DNA of 32,000 nt. It comes from Candidatus Nitrosopumilus koreensis AR1. Its GTDB lineage: Archaea > Thermoproteota > Nitrososphaeria > Nitrososphaerales > Nitrosopumilaceae. Positions 14,580-22,655 of this stretch are shown here, piece by piece (the stretch's first letter is position 1; every line of letters starts with the position of its first letter). Both the position numbers and the translations under genes were made by a program. The DNA lies in assembly GCF_000299365.1 (NCBI RefSeq), contig NC_018655.1:1260001-1292000 (forward strand), read 5' to 3'. Below the pieces are notes generated by a model. It was given only the letters and a program-made list of their open reading frames with translations. It did not search any database and was not told where the DNA came from.

Positions 14580-15338
14580 TTAAGCGTTGTCTAGTTCATC
14601 ATGAAATTGGCTATAATTATTCACAATTTCATTGATTGGAACCCGTTTCCCACCAACGATCTTCAAGTCAACTTGGACTGTCTTGTCAGAGATTGTCAAA
14701 ATGTTGTACGTGTTTTCAAACAACCCACGTACTCTCTCAGAGGTAGCAGTTCCAGCATTTACAACAGTCAGTGTTCTAAAATTCCAAGCCCATGGTCTGT
14801 GTTTGTGTCCACACAATACAACATCAACTTTGGAATCAAGTACTGTTCTTAACACATCACCTGCATCAACTACAGTTAGTTGATCAGAACCAGTATCAGG
14901 AATTGCAATAAGGTGATGATGCATTGCCACAATCTTTATCTTATCTTTGTATTTTTTCATGGTTCTCTCTAACCAAAGGTTTTGTCTGTATCCTACTTCA
15001 CCTTCGTTTCTATCAGGTCTTGCAGTACCAACAGTTACCAAAACAACATCATCACCTAATTCATTAACAGTTTGAAATGGAAAGAATCTCTTGAATAGTA
15101 AATAACCAGTATTTCTATAATCATGATTTCCACTAATTGCAATAATTTTTTTTGTATTAAATTTCTCCAACAGAGATTTACATTTCTCATATTCTTTCAT
15201 CAAACCTTCATTTGTCAAATCACCAGTAATTACAATCACATCAGGATTCAGATCATTGATTTCTTTTACCAATACATTAAATTTTTCTTCTAAGAATTGT
15301 GATCCAACATGAAGATCAGAAATTTGAACTATTTTCAT
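14580..15338 (-). CDS. Calcineurin-like metallophosphoesterase
   Basis: ISDLHVG, ITGDLTNEG, ISGNHD, VAMHHH and LCGHKH are the canonical phosphoesterase motifs, present in order. Confidence 0.9.
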   Translation of the reverse strand: MKIVQISDLHVGSQFLEEKFNVLVKEINDLNPDVIVITGDLTNEGLMKEYEKCKSLLEKFNTKKIIAISGNHDYRNTGYLLFKRFFPFQTVNELGDDVVLVTVGTARPDRNEGEVGYRQNLWLERTMKKYKDKIKIVAMHHHLIAIPDTGSDQLTVVDAGDVLRTVLDSKVDVVLCGHKHRPWAWNFRTLTVVNAGTATSERVRGLFENTYNILTISDKTVQVDLKIVGGKRVPINEIVNNYSQFHDELDNA

Positions 15339-15448
15339 TTAAGATGGTTTTACAAAAATAACTATTAAATCATCTCTATAGATAACATGTAGAAATCATT
15401 TCCAAGCAAGGTAGAATTAAATAATAAACTCCTCAAAAACTTGCAGTT

Positions 15449-16480
15449 TTGACTAAAAAAGCTGCAGTGATGAAAGGAGACGGAATAGGACCAGAAGTTG
15501 TAGATTCGATGTTAAGAGTTCTCAAAGAATGTAATTTCCAGTCAGAATTAGTTCTATGTGAGGCAGGTTCAGAGCAATGGGATAAAAATGGTAGAAAAGA
15601 TGCATCATACATCCCAGACGCAACAATGAAGATTTTAGAAGAATCAGACTGTTGTTTTAAAGGCCCAACAACTACAATTCCAGTTCCAGGGGCGCCAAGG
15701 AGTGTTGCAGTAACACTAAGACAGAAATTTGATCTTTACGCAAATATTAGACCAACTAAAACTTATGATAGATTAACTCCAGATAGAAAACTTGATTGTG
15801 TTTGTTTTAGAGAAGCAACTGAAGGACTCTATACAGGAGTAGAGGCAAAAATTACAGATGATGCAGCAATTGCCATTAGAAAAATTACAAGACATGGAAG
15901 TAGGCGATTAATTAATTCAGCAGTAGATTGGGCAAATAAATTCAATATGAAAAAGATGGTTGCAGTAACAAAAAGAAACATCCTAAAACAAACAGATGGG
16001 ATATTTTGGGAAGAAACTCAAAAGGCCATTGAAGGGACAGATATCGAATTATCTGAAATATATATTGACAACATGGCACAGCAAATGGTAATTGCAACTG
16101 AACAATTCAATGGATCAGTATTAGTTAGTACCAATCTATTCATGGATATCATTTCCGAGCTTGCATCAGCACTTGTTGGTTCAATAGGATTAATTTATTC
16201 TGCAAATATTGGGGATAATTATGCAATGTTTGAAGCTGCACATGGAAGTGCGCCACAATTTGCAGGACAAAATAAAGTAAATCCTACTGCAACTGTTCTA
16301 TCAGGAGCATGGATGGCAGATTATCTTGGTGAAAGAGAAATCAGAGATGCAATATTTGCAGCAACAGAACAAGTAATCAATGAAGGAAAAGCAGTAACAT
16401 GGGACATTGGCGGTAATGCATCTACAACACAAATGACTGATGCAATAATCAAATATGCAAAAGAAAAATTAAGAAAATAG
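15449..16480 (+). CDS. Beta-decarboxylating dehydrogenase (isopropylmalate / homoisocitrate / NAD-isocitrate dehydrogenase family)
   Basis: 343 aa with a TTG start. Motifs: MKGDGIGPEVV, LRQKFDLYANIRP, IYIDNMAQQMV, FEAAHGSAP. Substrate specificity cannot be judged by eye. Confidence 0.88.
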   Translation: MTKKAAVMKGDGIGPEVVDSMLRVLKECNFQSELVLCEAGSEQWDKNGRKDASYIPDATMKILEESDCCFKGPTTTIPVPGAPRSVAVTLRQKFDLYANIRPTKTYDRLTPDRKLDCVCFREATEGLYTGVEAKITDDAAIAIRKITRHGSRRLINSAVDWANKFNMKKMVAVTKRNILKQTDGIFWEETQKAIEGTDIELSEIYIDNMAQQMVIATEQFNGSVLVSTNLFMDIISELASALVGSIGLIYSANIGDNYAMFEAAHGSAPQFAGQNKVNPTATVLSGAWMADYLGEREIRDAIFAATEQVINEGKAVTWDIGGNASTTQMTDAIIKYAKEKLRK

Positions 16481-17014
16481 TTAGTTAACTGCTTCTACTA
16501 GAATTAATTCCTCAAAGAAAAGTTTCTTTTTTGCTATAATACGTGTTTTCAAACCTAATTTTTGTGCATAATCTATGAGTTTTTGATAGTTTGAAAGAGA
16601 AGACGTAACAAAAACAAACTTACCACATTCCTCAAGATTTTTTATAGCAGAATCAAATATTTTTTTAGGAATCTCAAATCCTTCAAATCCACCATCTGTT
16701 GCAATATCCAAGATTTGATCAGTTGCCAAGTATGGAAGGTTACATACAATAAAATCAAATTTTATCTTTAATGCATCTGAACCGTTACAACAAATCAAAT
16801 TCTGTGTTTTGTAAGAGCTTTGATGTTGTAATACTTCACAATTAATATCAGTTCCAACAACTAAAGAAAAATTTTCAGTCAATAGCTTTGTCAGATATCC
16901 AGAACCGCTTCCAATATCTAATGCATATTTTCCTTTTTCGTTTTCAATGTTGTTTGCAATGAAAAAGGTATCCTCAGATGGAGGATATTCATCATTTGAG
17001 AATTTGTTTTGCAA
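16481..17014 (-). CDS. HemK/Mtq2-type N5-glutamine (release-factor) methyltransferase-like protein
   Basis: The N-terminal EYPPSEDTFF, LDIGSGSGYL (motif I) and CNLPYL (an NPPY-type motif) support the call. The TTG start overlaps the ksgA 3' end by 23 nt. Confidence 0.75.
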   Translation of the reverse strand: MQNKFSNDEYPPSEDTFFIANNIENEKGKYALDIGSGSGYLTKLLTENFSLVVGTDINCEVLQHQSSYKTQNLICCNGSDALKIKFDFIVCNLPYLATDQILDIATDGGFEGFEIPKKIFDSAIKNLEECGKFVFVTSSLSNYQKLIDYAQKLGLKTRIIAKKKLFFEELILVEAVN

Positions 17015-17693
17015 GATTTACTATTTCATCTCCAGACAAGTCATCAACACGTTTCTCTATTACAGTTTTTTTATTGAATTGTTTTAGAATATTTTTCACA
17101 GTCTTTCTTCGGTATGAGAAAATTTCATTAATGGTAGAAATTAGTCTTTTGTCCATATTATTTTTCTTTGTTATTTTCAGAATTACAGAATCAACTTTTG
17201 GAGGTGGTGAAAAATTATTCTTTCTAACATTAGATATTTTTTCTATATCAAATGCATAAGTGGCAATAATACTTACTGCTTTTCGATTCTTGGATTCTGC
17301 AACAAGTTTTTCTGCAAATTCTTTTTGAACCATAATTACTCCATGGGAAAATGAACGTTGAGCCAACCACTCCACAGCATCTTTGCTCTTAGAATAAGGC
17401 AGATTTGATACAAAAATAGAAAATGAGTCTTTTTTCTTGAATCCGTCACCCGATTTTAGAACAAGATTTTCAATATCTGAAAATTCAGTTCTTGCCTTTT
17501 TTACAAGTGTTTCATCTGCATCAATAGAAATCACCTTTTTTGCTTTTTTGCATAATAATGGAGTCAATATACCCAATCCAGTTCCAACCTCAAATACAAC
17601 ATCATTTTTTGTGATTTTAGCCTCAGATACGATAGATTCTGCGATTGTTTTTGAGTTAAGAAAGTGTTGTCCCAGTAGTTTTCGTTTTATCAT
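16992..17693 (-). CDS. rsmA: 16S rRNA (adenine-N6,N6)-dimethyltransferase KsgA/Dim1
   Basis: Motifs: LGQHFL, FEVGTGLGILT, SNLPYS. There is a 4-nt ATGA overlap with the upstream DUF655 gene. Confidence 0.92.
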   Translation of the reverse strand: MIKRKLLGQHFLNSKTIAESIVSEAKITKNDVVFEVGTGLGILTPLLCKKAKKVISIDADETLVKKARTEFSDIENLVLKSGDGFKKKDSFSIFVSNLPYSKSKDAVEWLAQRSFSHGVIMVQKEFAEKLVAESKNRKAVSIIATYAFDIEKISNVRKNNFSPPPKVDSVILKITKKNNMDKRLISTINEIFSYRRKTVKNILKQFNKKTVIEKRVDDLSGDEIVNLAKQILK

Positions 17694-18256
17694 CTCTTAA
17701 CAAAGAGATTCATTCTACTTTCACCAGTAATTTCATCCATGATTCGTTCTGTGATGTGTTTGATTGGTTCTTTGAATCCAACTCTTTCTTGTAAATCCTC
17801 ATAACTCTCAAATTGTTTTTTTTCTCTTTCTTCTAGCATTGTTTTCATGTAAGTTTTGCCTATTCCTGGAATCAATTCTAATGCATGAATTCTAGGGGTC
17901 AATGGTTGTGCTTTGTTCAAGTATTCAACAAATTTTGATTCATTCTCAGTTACAATATTTTCTACAACGTTTTGTAATTCACTTTGAGCAGATGAAGATA
18001 TTTTTTCATAGTCCATCTTTCCCAGTACAGATTGAACTTTGGTTCGTCCTTCTTTTCCAATATAGATTCTCTCACCTACTTCAAAGGTAGAATTTTCAAC
18101 TCCAAGAATTTCCAGGATAGTTAATCTATCTTCACCAATTGCAGTGATGATTATCCCTTCCCTTCCTCTAACAGTAGATGATTTACCTCTAGGATTAAAA
18201 TCTAGAACATATGCATATTCCTCATATTTTCTAGGTGGGGATTGTGCCCTATACAA
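17690..18256 (-). CDS. DUF655-family archaeal protein (OB-like N-domain plus HhH C-domain)
   Basis: EEYAYVLDFNPRGK... is followed by LELIPGIGKTYMKTMLEERE. The position between rpoF and ksgA is the conserved archaeal arrangement. Confidence 0.82.
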   Translation of the reverse strand: MYRAQSPPRKYEEYAYVLDFNPRGKSSTVRGREGIIITAIGEDRLTILEILGVENSTFEVGERIYIGKEGRTKVQSVLGKMDYEKISSSAQSELQNVVENIVTENESKFVEYLNKAQPLTPRIHALELIPGIGKTYMKTMLEEREKKQFESYEDLQERVGFKEPIKHITERIMDEITGESRMNLFVKR

Positions 18257-18276
18257 AATTAAATACTCCTGAGAAA

Positions 18277-18603
18277 TTAAGAATGCTCCTTAATTATCTT
18301 GAGCATTTTTTCCAGAGTTTCAGCAAGAATTAATTTTTTCCAACCAAACGTGAAAGAACGTAACTCTGCCATACTTGTTGGTCTAATGTTAACAATTTCA
18401 ACAGCTTCATCTTCTGTTAATTCACATTCTTTGATGAGTTTTTTCTTCATCTCTTTTGCATCTTTAGGATCAAGTGATACAAATTTTGAAACATAATCAT
18501 AGGTCCAACGTTGTATTTGATCCATCTCTTCAGGATCAACTTTACCTAAGATTTCTTTAACTTCTGAAAGAGAAATAGCTTGTTTCTTTTGTACTTCTTC
18601 CAT
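18277..18603 (-). CDS. rpo4: DNA-directed RNA polymerase subunit F (Rpo4, Rpb4 homolog)
   Basis: 108 aa. SLSEVKEILGKV...KKLIKECELTEDEAVEIVNIRPTSMAELR is Rpb4/RpoF-like. The operon context with DUF655 and ksgA agrees. Confidence 0.82.
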   Translation of the reverse strand: MEEVQKKQAISLSEVKEILGKVDPEEMDQIQRWTYDYVSKFVSLDPKDAKEMKKKLIKECELTEDEAVEIVNIRPTSMAELRSFTFGWKKLILAETLEKMLKIIKEHS

Positions 18604-18605
18604 AA

Positions 18606-18779
18606 CTATACACCGAATGGTTTTATGTGATCCAATCTAGTGATTAAGGTTTTCGATTTAATTTCTACAGGACCTCTAACGATGAGGTCCATGACGTTGT
18701 GGACACCTGCATCGGATAATTTTCTTGTAGTTACAGGACCTACGCCCTCTAAACTATCTAATCTTAAATCTTCTACCAT
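18606..18779 (-). CDS. 57-aa helix-hairpin-helix miniprotein resembling the RadA/Rad51 N-terminal domain
   Basis: Own translation: MVEDLRLDSLEGVGPVTTRKLSDAGVHNVMDLIVRGPVEIKSKTLITRLDHIKPFGV. Its stop lies 2 nt before the rpoF ATG. A TTATAAAG box (18802-18809) lies 22 nt upstream of its ATG. Confidence 0.55.
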   Translation of the reverse strand: MVEDLRLDSLEGVGPVTTRKLSDAGVHNVMDLIVRGPVEIKSKTLITRLDHIKPFGV

Positions 18780-18862
18780 ACCGTATGGTACGGTACCAGT
18801 ACTTTATAAGAGTATTGTTTTAAAAAATGATCGCACAATGATAAAATTTTAGAGAAAATTGA

Positions 18863-19045
18863 CTATCGTCTCTTTCTTCGTTGCCCAGGTTTGTTTTGAC
18901 CAGGGAATCTACCTAAGACAAATCTCTTTTTGAAATTACTCTTGTTCCTAAGACTAGAATTAGTACCTACAATTTTGCGTCCTTCTACCTTTGGAGTTTG
19001 TCCTCTTACTTTGCCTGCTTTTGTAAGCGAACCGTGAGTTGCCAT
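18863..19045 (-). CDS. rps30e: 30S ribosomal protein S30e
   Basis: MATHGSLTKAGKVRGQTPKVE... is the S30e signature. 60 aa, very basic. Confidence 0.9.
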   Translation of the reverse strand: MATHGSLTKAGKVRGQTPKVEGRKIVGTNSSLRNKSNFKKRFVLGRFPGQNKPGQRRKRR

Positions 19046-19085
19046 AATCTACATAGCAAATTAACGAATTTATGTATTTGGAATA

Positions 19086-20819
19086 CTACCAGTATTTTGC
19101 CTTGACAGTTTCGATAACGTGCTCATGTTCTTTGCTCTTTCTGCGAGCATATCTTTCCATAGCACCTAACGGAACACCACCCAGTGACCTTGCAATTGCA
19201 TTGAAAAAGTATCTTTGAGGTCCCTTTGAACCAGTCTTAGTCATGAATTTCTGAATGCCATACTTGAAATTGTGCTGCCATGTCTTGTAAAGAACGCCTA
19301 GTTGTGCAGGAGTCATTTCATTTCCAATATTAAAGAAATCAGACTTTTCAAGTAATCCAATTGGGACAAATGTCAAGGCTGTTGCAGTAAACATAGATTC
19401 AGGTTGTTCATGTTCTAATTCACTGATTAAACGAATAGTTTCCCATGAATCTTCTGGTTGTTCATCATTATCAAGTCCCATGATTAGAGTAAATGCAGGA
19501 ATCCAATAATCCTGGTTTAAGGTCTTTACACCCTCTTTTACAACCCAATGCCATTCATCAGGAGAATAAGGTGCCAGTTTTCTGTCAGCATATTTACCAA
19601 TTAATCTCAAACTTCCAGTTTCAAATCCGGCTTGAACGCCAATCATGTTGTCAGGTCCTGCTTTCATAATTCTAGACAGATTTGGAATTAATTTTTCATC
19701 AGCAATTGCTCCTGCCAATGTTCCATGAGTGGGGTTTGTATGTTCAACACCCGTAGACATGATTGCAGTAAACAGTTCTTCTAATGCTTCTCGATTTGGT
19801 TCCATTCCTTTTGCAGTTCTTGGATCCATTCCATAAACAAAGATATCATCACTATGAACCCATGCAGATTTAGAACCACCTTTCTTAATGTTAATTTCAA
19901 TTTCTCTTTTGACTTTTTCTGGAGGATAATATCTTAGTGATCTTAATGTCACATCACAGAATTTACATCCTCTTCCACAGCCTCTCATAACTTCAATCAT
20001 TCCATGCATACTTGGTTCTACAATGTCTGGAATCTCTTCAAGCTCTGGTCTATCCCAAAAATTAACAAACCTTCCATGAAGTTTTCTGCCGTTTCTTTCA
20101 AATTCTTTAATGTTAACTTTGAAGTCACTTCGTTTTCTGAAAGGATCCATATTTTCAAAGTCACCGTTAATCAAATAGTTGAAGAACCTACCAGCATGTC
20201 CGTCAATCTCGGGTGCAATACCTCCAAGCTCACCTTCTAAAATTGCATAAATTCCAAACTCTTCAATTTTTTCTGGATCATAGTTATATTGCCAAGTTCC
20301 AGATGCGCCCGAAATTACTTTGGCCTTACTTCCAGTTTTAGCTTTGGCAGCTTTGATTCTACGATGTAGTTCAGTGTTGTAATACTCATCATAAGACATT
20401 TGTTTTCTACCATAAGTAAATGTCATAGTTACTGGCCCCATTCCTAATGGATCCATTTCATATGTTCCAACAACTAGTGTTTCAGGTCCAATGAATTTTT
20501 CAATATGATCAGGGTGTGCGACAACAACATCTTGTCTGCTAAATCCGTCTCGTAATAGACCAGCCTCTAGTTTTCGTAAACCGTAAGGAGCATAATTTGC
20601 TACACCATTTGTGTGAGGAATATAATTACAGATAAAATCAAACAAAATCTTTGGAGTCACTTGTTTTCCAAGAATTTTATACCAAAAGCTCTTGGGGTCT
20701 CTATTAGGGTCCAAAGCTGGAGCACATCCAAAAAACGTGGCAAGAGACAATCCCCGGTATGGAGACATCAATGTACGATCAGCAGTTAATACAATTTTTG
20801 GAGTTCCCATTCCCTTCAC
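19086..20819 (-). CDS. Large radical SAM enzyme (577 aa), substrate unknown
   Basis: VMRGCGRGCKFCDV is the CX3CX2C cluster motif. The N-terminal ~250 aa could be a B12-binding-like or accessory domain. The ORF-track start is GTG at 20819. ATG at 20810 is equally plausible given a TTTAAAATA box upstream. Confidence 0.88.
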   Translation of the reverse strand: MKGMGTPKIVLTADRTLMSPYRGLSLATFFGCAPALDPNRDPKSFWYKILGKQVTPKILFDFICNYIPHTNGVANYAPYGLRKLEAGLLRDGFSRQDVVVAHPDHIEKFIGPETLVVGTYEMDPLGMGPVTMTFTYGRKQMSYDEYYNTELHRRIKAAKAKTGSKAKVISGASGTWQYNYDPEKIEEFGIYAILEGELGGIAPEIDGHAGRFFNYLINGDFENMDPFRKRSDFKVNIKEFERNGRKLHGRFVNFWDRPELEEIPDIVEPSMHGMIEVMRGCGRGCKFCDVTLRSLRYYPPEKVKREIEINIKKGGSKSAWVHSDDIFVYGMDPRTAKGMEPNREALEELFTAIMSTGVEHTNPTHGTLAGAIADEKLIPNLSRIMKAGPDNMIGVQAGFETGSLRLIGKYADRKLAPYSPDEWHWVVKEGVKTLNQDYWIPAFTLIMGLDNDEQPEDSWETIRLISELEHEQPESMFTATALTFVPIGLLEKSDFFNIGNEMTPAQLGVLYKTWQHNFKYGIQKFMTKTGSKGPQRYFFNAIARSLGGVPLGAMERYARRKSKEHEHVIETVKAKYW

Positions 20820-20861
20820 GCAATTAATTTTATGATTTATTTTAAACCTTGCTGGTCAAAC

Positions 20862-21680
20862 TTAATAATTTTCTAAAATTCCAGCCTTATTCCTATGATA
20901 ATTGCCAAATTCCTTATTTTGGGATAGGTGTTCACCATCAAAGACAGTTCCATCCTTACATACAAGATCTTCACCCATACAACAACTGCCACATATTCCA
21001 ACACCACACTTCATCATTCGTTCAAGGCTGGCCTGTACAAAGACACCCCTAGAATGAGCAGATTGGACAGTTTTGTACATCATTATTTCAGGTCCACAAA
21101 CATAGACTGCATCATATTTTGTTTGGTTTAGATGTTTTTCAACTAAATCAGTGACAAAGCCTTTTTCACCATAACTTCCATCATCAGTTGAGACGATTAC
21201 TTTGTGAGTATTGTTTGTCAAAAGTCTATTTGCCAGTTCTTCAAAAAATACTTCATTTTTTGACTTTGCACCAATCAAAACAGTCACATCATCTGTATGT
21301 TTGACATGTGTAAGTAATCTCATCATAGGTACAAGACCAGTCCCTCCACCAACTAACAAAAGTTTTCCTTCTTTAAGATCAAAAGAATTTCCATAAGGGC
21401 CTCGAATTCCAATTTGTTGGCCTACTTTCACATTAAACAATCCAGTAGATGCTACTCCATGTTTTCGAACAGTGAATGCTGCTTTTCCAGATTCATCTGA
21501 AATCATCACACTCATGGGTAATTCATTAATTCCAGGAATCCAAACCATTGCAAATTGTCCTGGGAGAACACTTGGCATCACATCATCAGAAAAAACCAGA
21601 GTTCGAACGGTAGGAGTTTCATCAATTACTTTTTCGATTGTAACAATTGTTGTGTGATTATAATTTCTTTGCAAGCCCAA
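20862..21680 (-). CDS. pyrK: Dihydroorotate dehydrogenase (class 1B) electron-transfer subunit PyrK
   Basis: It has an FAD/NAD-binding fold (LLVGGGTGLVPM) and the C-terminal 2Fe-2S motif MKCGVGICGSCC. It lies adjacent to pyrD. Confidence 0.9.
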   Translation of the reverse strand: MGLQRNYNHTTIVTIEKVIDETPTVRTLVFSDDVMPSVLPGQFAMVWIPGINELPMSVMISDESGKAAFTVRKHGVASTGLFNVKVGQQIGIRGPYGNSFDLKEGKLLLVGGGTGLVPMMRLLTHVKHTDDVTVLIGAKSKNEVFFEELANRLLTNNTHKVIVSTDDGSYGEKGFVTDLVEKHLNQTKYDAVYVCGPEIMMYKTVQSAHSRGVFVQASLERMMKCGVGICGSCCMGEDLVCKDGTVFDGEHLSQNKEFGNYHRNKAGILENY

Positions 21681-22569
21681 CCATCTCTTTTATTTTAGAA
21701 TAATTTTTTTTCTCCATGTATTGTAATATTCCTGTATTAATTTCATCAAATACATCTATCCAATTATCACCTATGGCACTTCCAAGTTGTATAGCAGAAG
21801 CTCCTGCTAGGAAAAATTCCACAGCATCCTCCCAAGTAGAAATACCACCACAACCAATAATGGGGATATCATATTTGGATGAAATTTCATAAACACATCT
21901 TAACGCAATTGGTTTGATTGGAGTTCCAGACAAACCTCCAAACTTATTACTAAGGATAGGGCGTTGTGTTTCAACATCTATTGCCATTGCCCTAACGGTG
22001 TTAATTGCAGTAATGGCATCAATTCCAGATTCAATAGCAGTTCCCACAGTGTTTAGATAATGAGTAGTTCCCAAACCAACTTTAGCAATAACAGGCACAT
22101 TAGTAGAATTTTTTACAGTAGAAACAATCTTTTTTACTAGTTCAGGATCATCACCAACCTCCAATCCAACTTTTGCAACATGAGGACAAGACAAATTCAG
22201 TTCATAAGCTGCAACTTTGCAGTTTTCAAATTGTTGAATCATCTTTTCAAAATCTTCAGGAATAGAGCCTACGAGGCTTACAATTATTGGAACATCTTTG
22301 TTAGGTTCAATCATTTTTGCAAAATTTTCTGCACCAGGATTTGAAAGCCCTACAGCATTAATCCATCCTCCTCCCTTAACACTAAAGATTGTAGGATTTG
22401 GATAGCCTTCCCATGGTTCTGTACTAAGAGATTTGGTAACAACAGCCCCTGCACCTGAACGATAAAGACGATTAAAAACATCTAACGAGATTCCTAGAAT
22501 TCCAGAGGCCAACATAACAGGTTTGTTTAATTGGATTGGACCGATGGAAGTTGTAAGATCAGGCTCCAC
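21658..22569 (-). CDS. pyrD: Dihydroorotate dehydrogenase catalytic subunit PyrD (class 1B); start reassigned to GTG at 22569
   Basis: Motifs: NKPVMLASGILG, ELNLSCPH, IIGCGGISTWEDAVEFFLAGASAIQLGSA. The ORF-track version (to 22776) adds about 69 non-homologous residues and overlaps nop5. GTG at 22569 gives about 303 aa and has a TTATAT box 25 nt upstream. Confidence 0.88.
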   Translation of the reverse strand: MEPDLTTSIGPIQLNKPVMLASGILGISLDVFNRLYRSGAGAVVTKSLSTEPWEGYPNPTIFSVKGGGWINAVGLSNPGAENFAKMIEPNKDVPIIVSLVGSIPEDFEKMIQQFENCKVAAYELNLSCPHVAKVGLEVGDDPELVKKIVSTVKNSTNVPVIAKVGLGTTHYLNTVGTAIESGIDAITAINTVRAMAIDVETQRPILSNKFGGLSGTPIKPIALRCVYEISSKYDIPIIGCGGISTWEDAVEFFLAGASAIQLGSAIGDNWIDVFDEINTGILQYMEKKNYSKIKEMVGLAKKL

Positions 22570-22594
22570 TTTGATTAATGGAGGGCAGTTTCGA

Positions 22595-22633
22595 ATATAA
22601 CAGTTGATTTGTGATTCTAGTACCTTTTTTAAA
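22595..22633. promoter_or_regulatory. Divergent promoter region: TTATAT (22595-22600, minus strand, for pyrD) and TTTTTTAAA (22625-22633, plus strand, for nop5)
   Basis: The boxes lie 25 nt (pyrD) and 22 nt (nop5) from their start codons. The intergenic space is 86 bp. Confidence 0.45.
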
Positions 22634-22655
22634 GGCGATTTAGATTGAACTAGAC

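Noticed and set aside
18640-18852. 70-aa plus-strand ORF.
   Set aside because: It is antisense to the HhH miniprotein, which has a recognisable HhH motif, a promoter box, and a 2-nt junction to rpoF.
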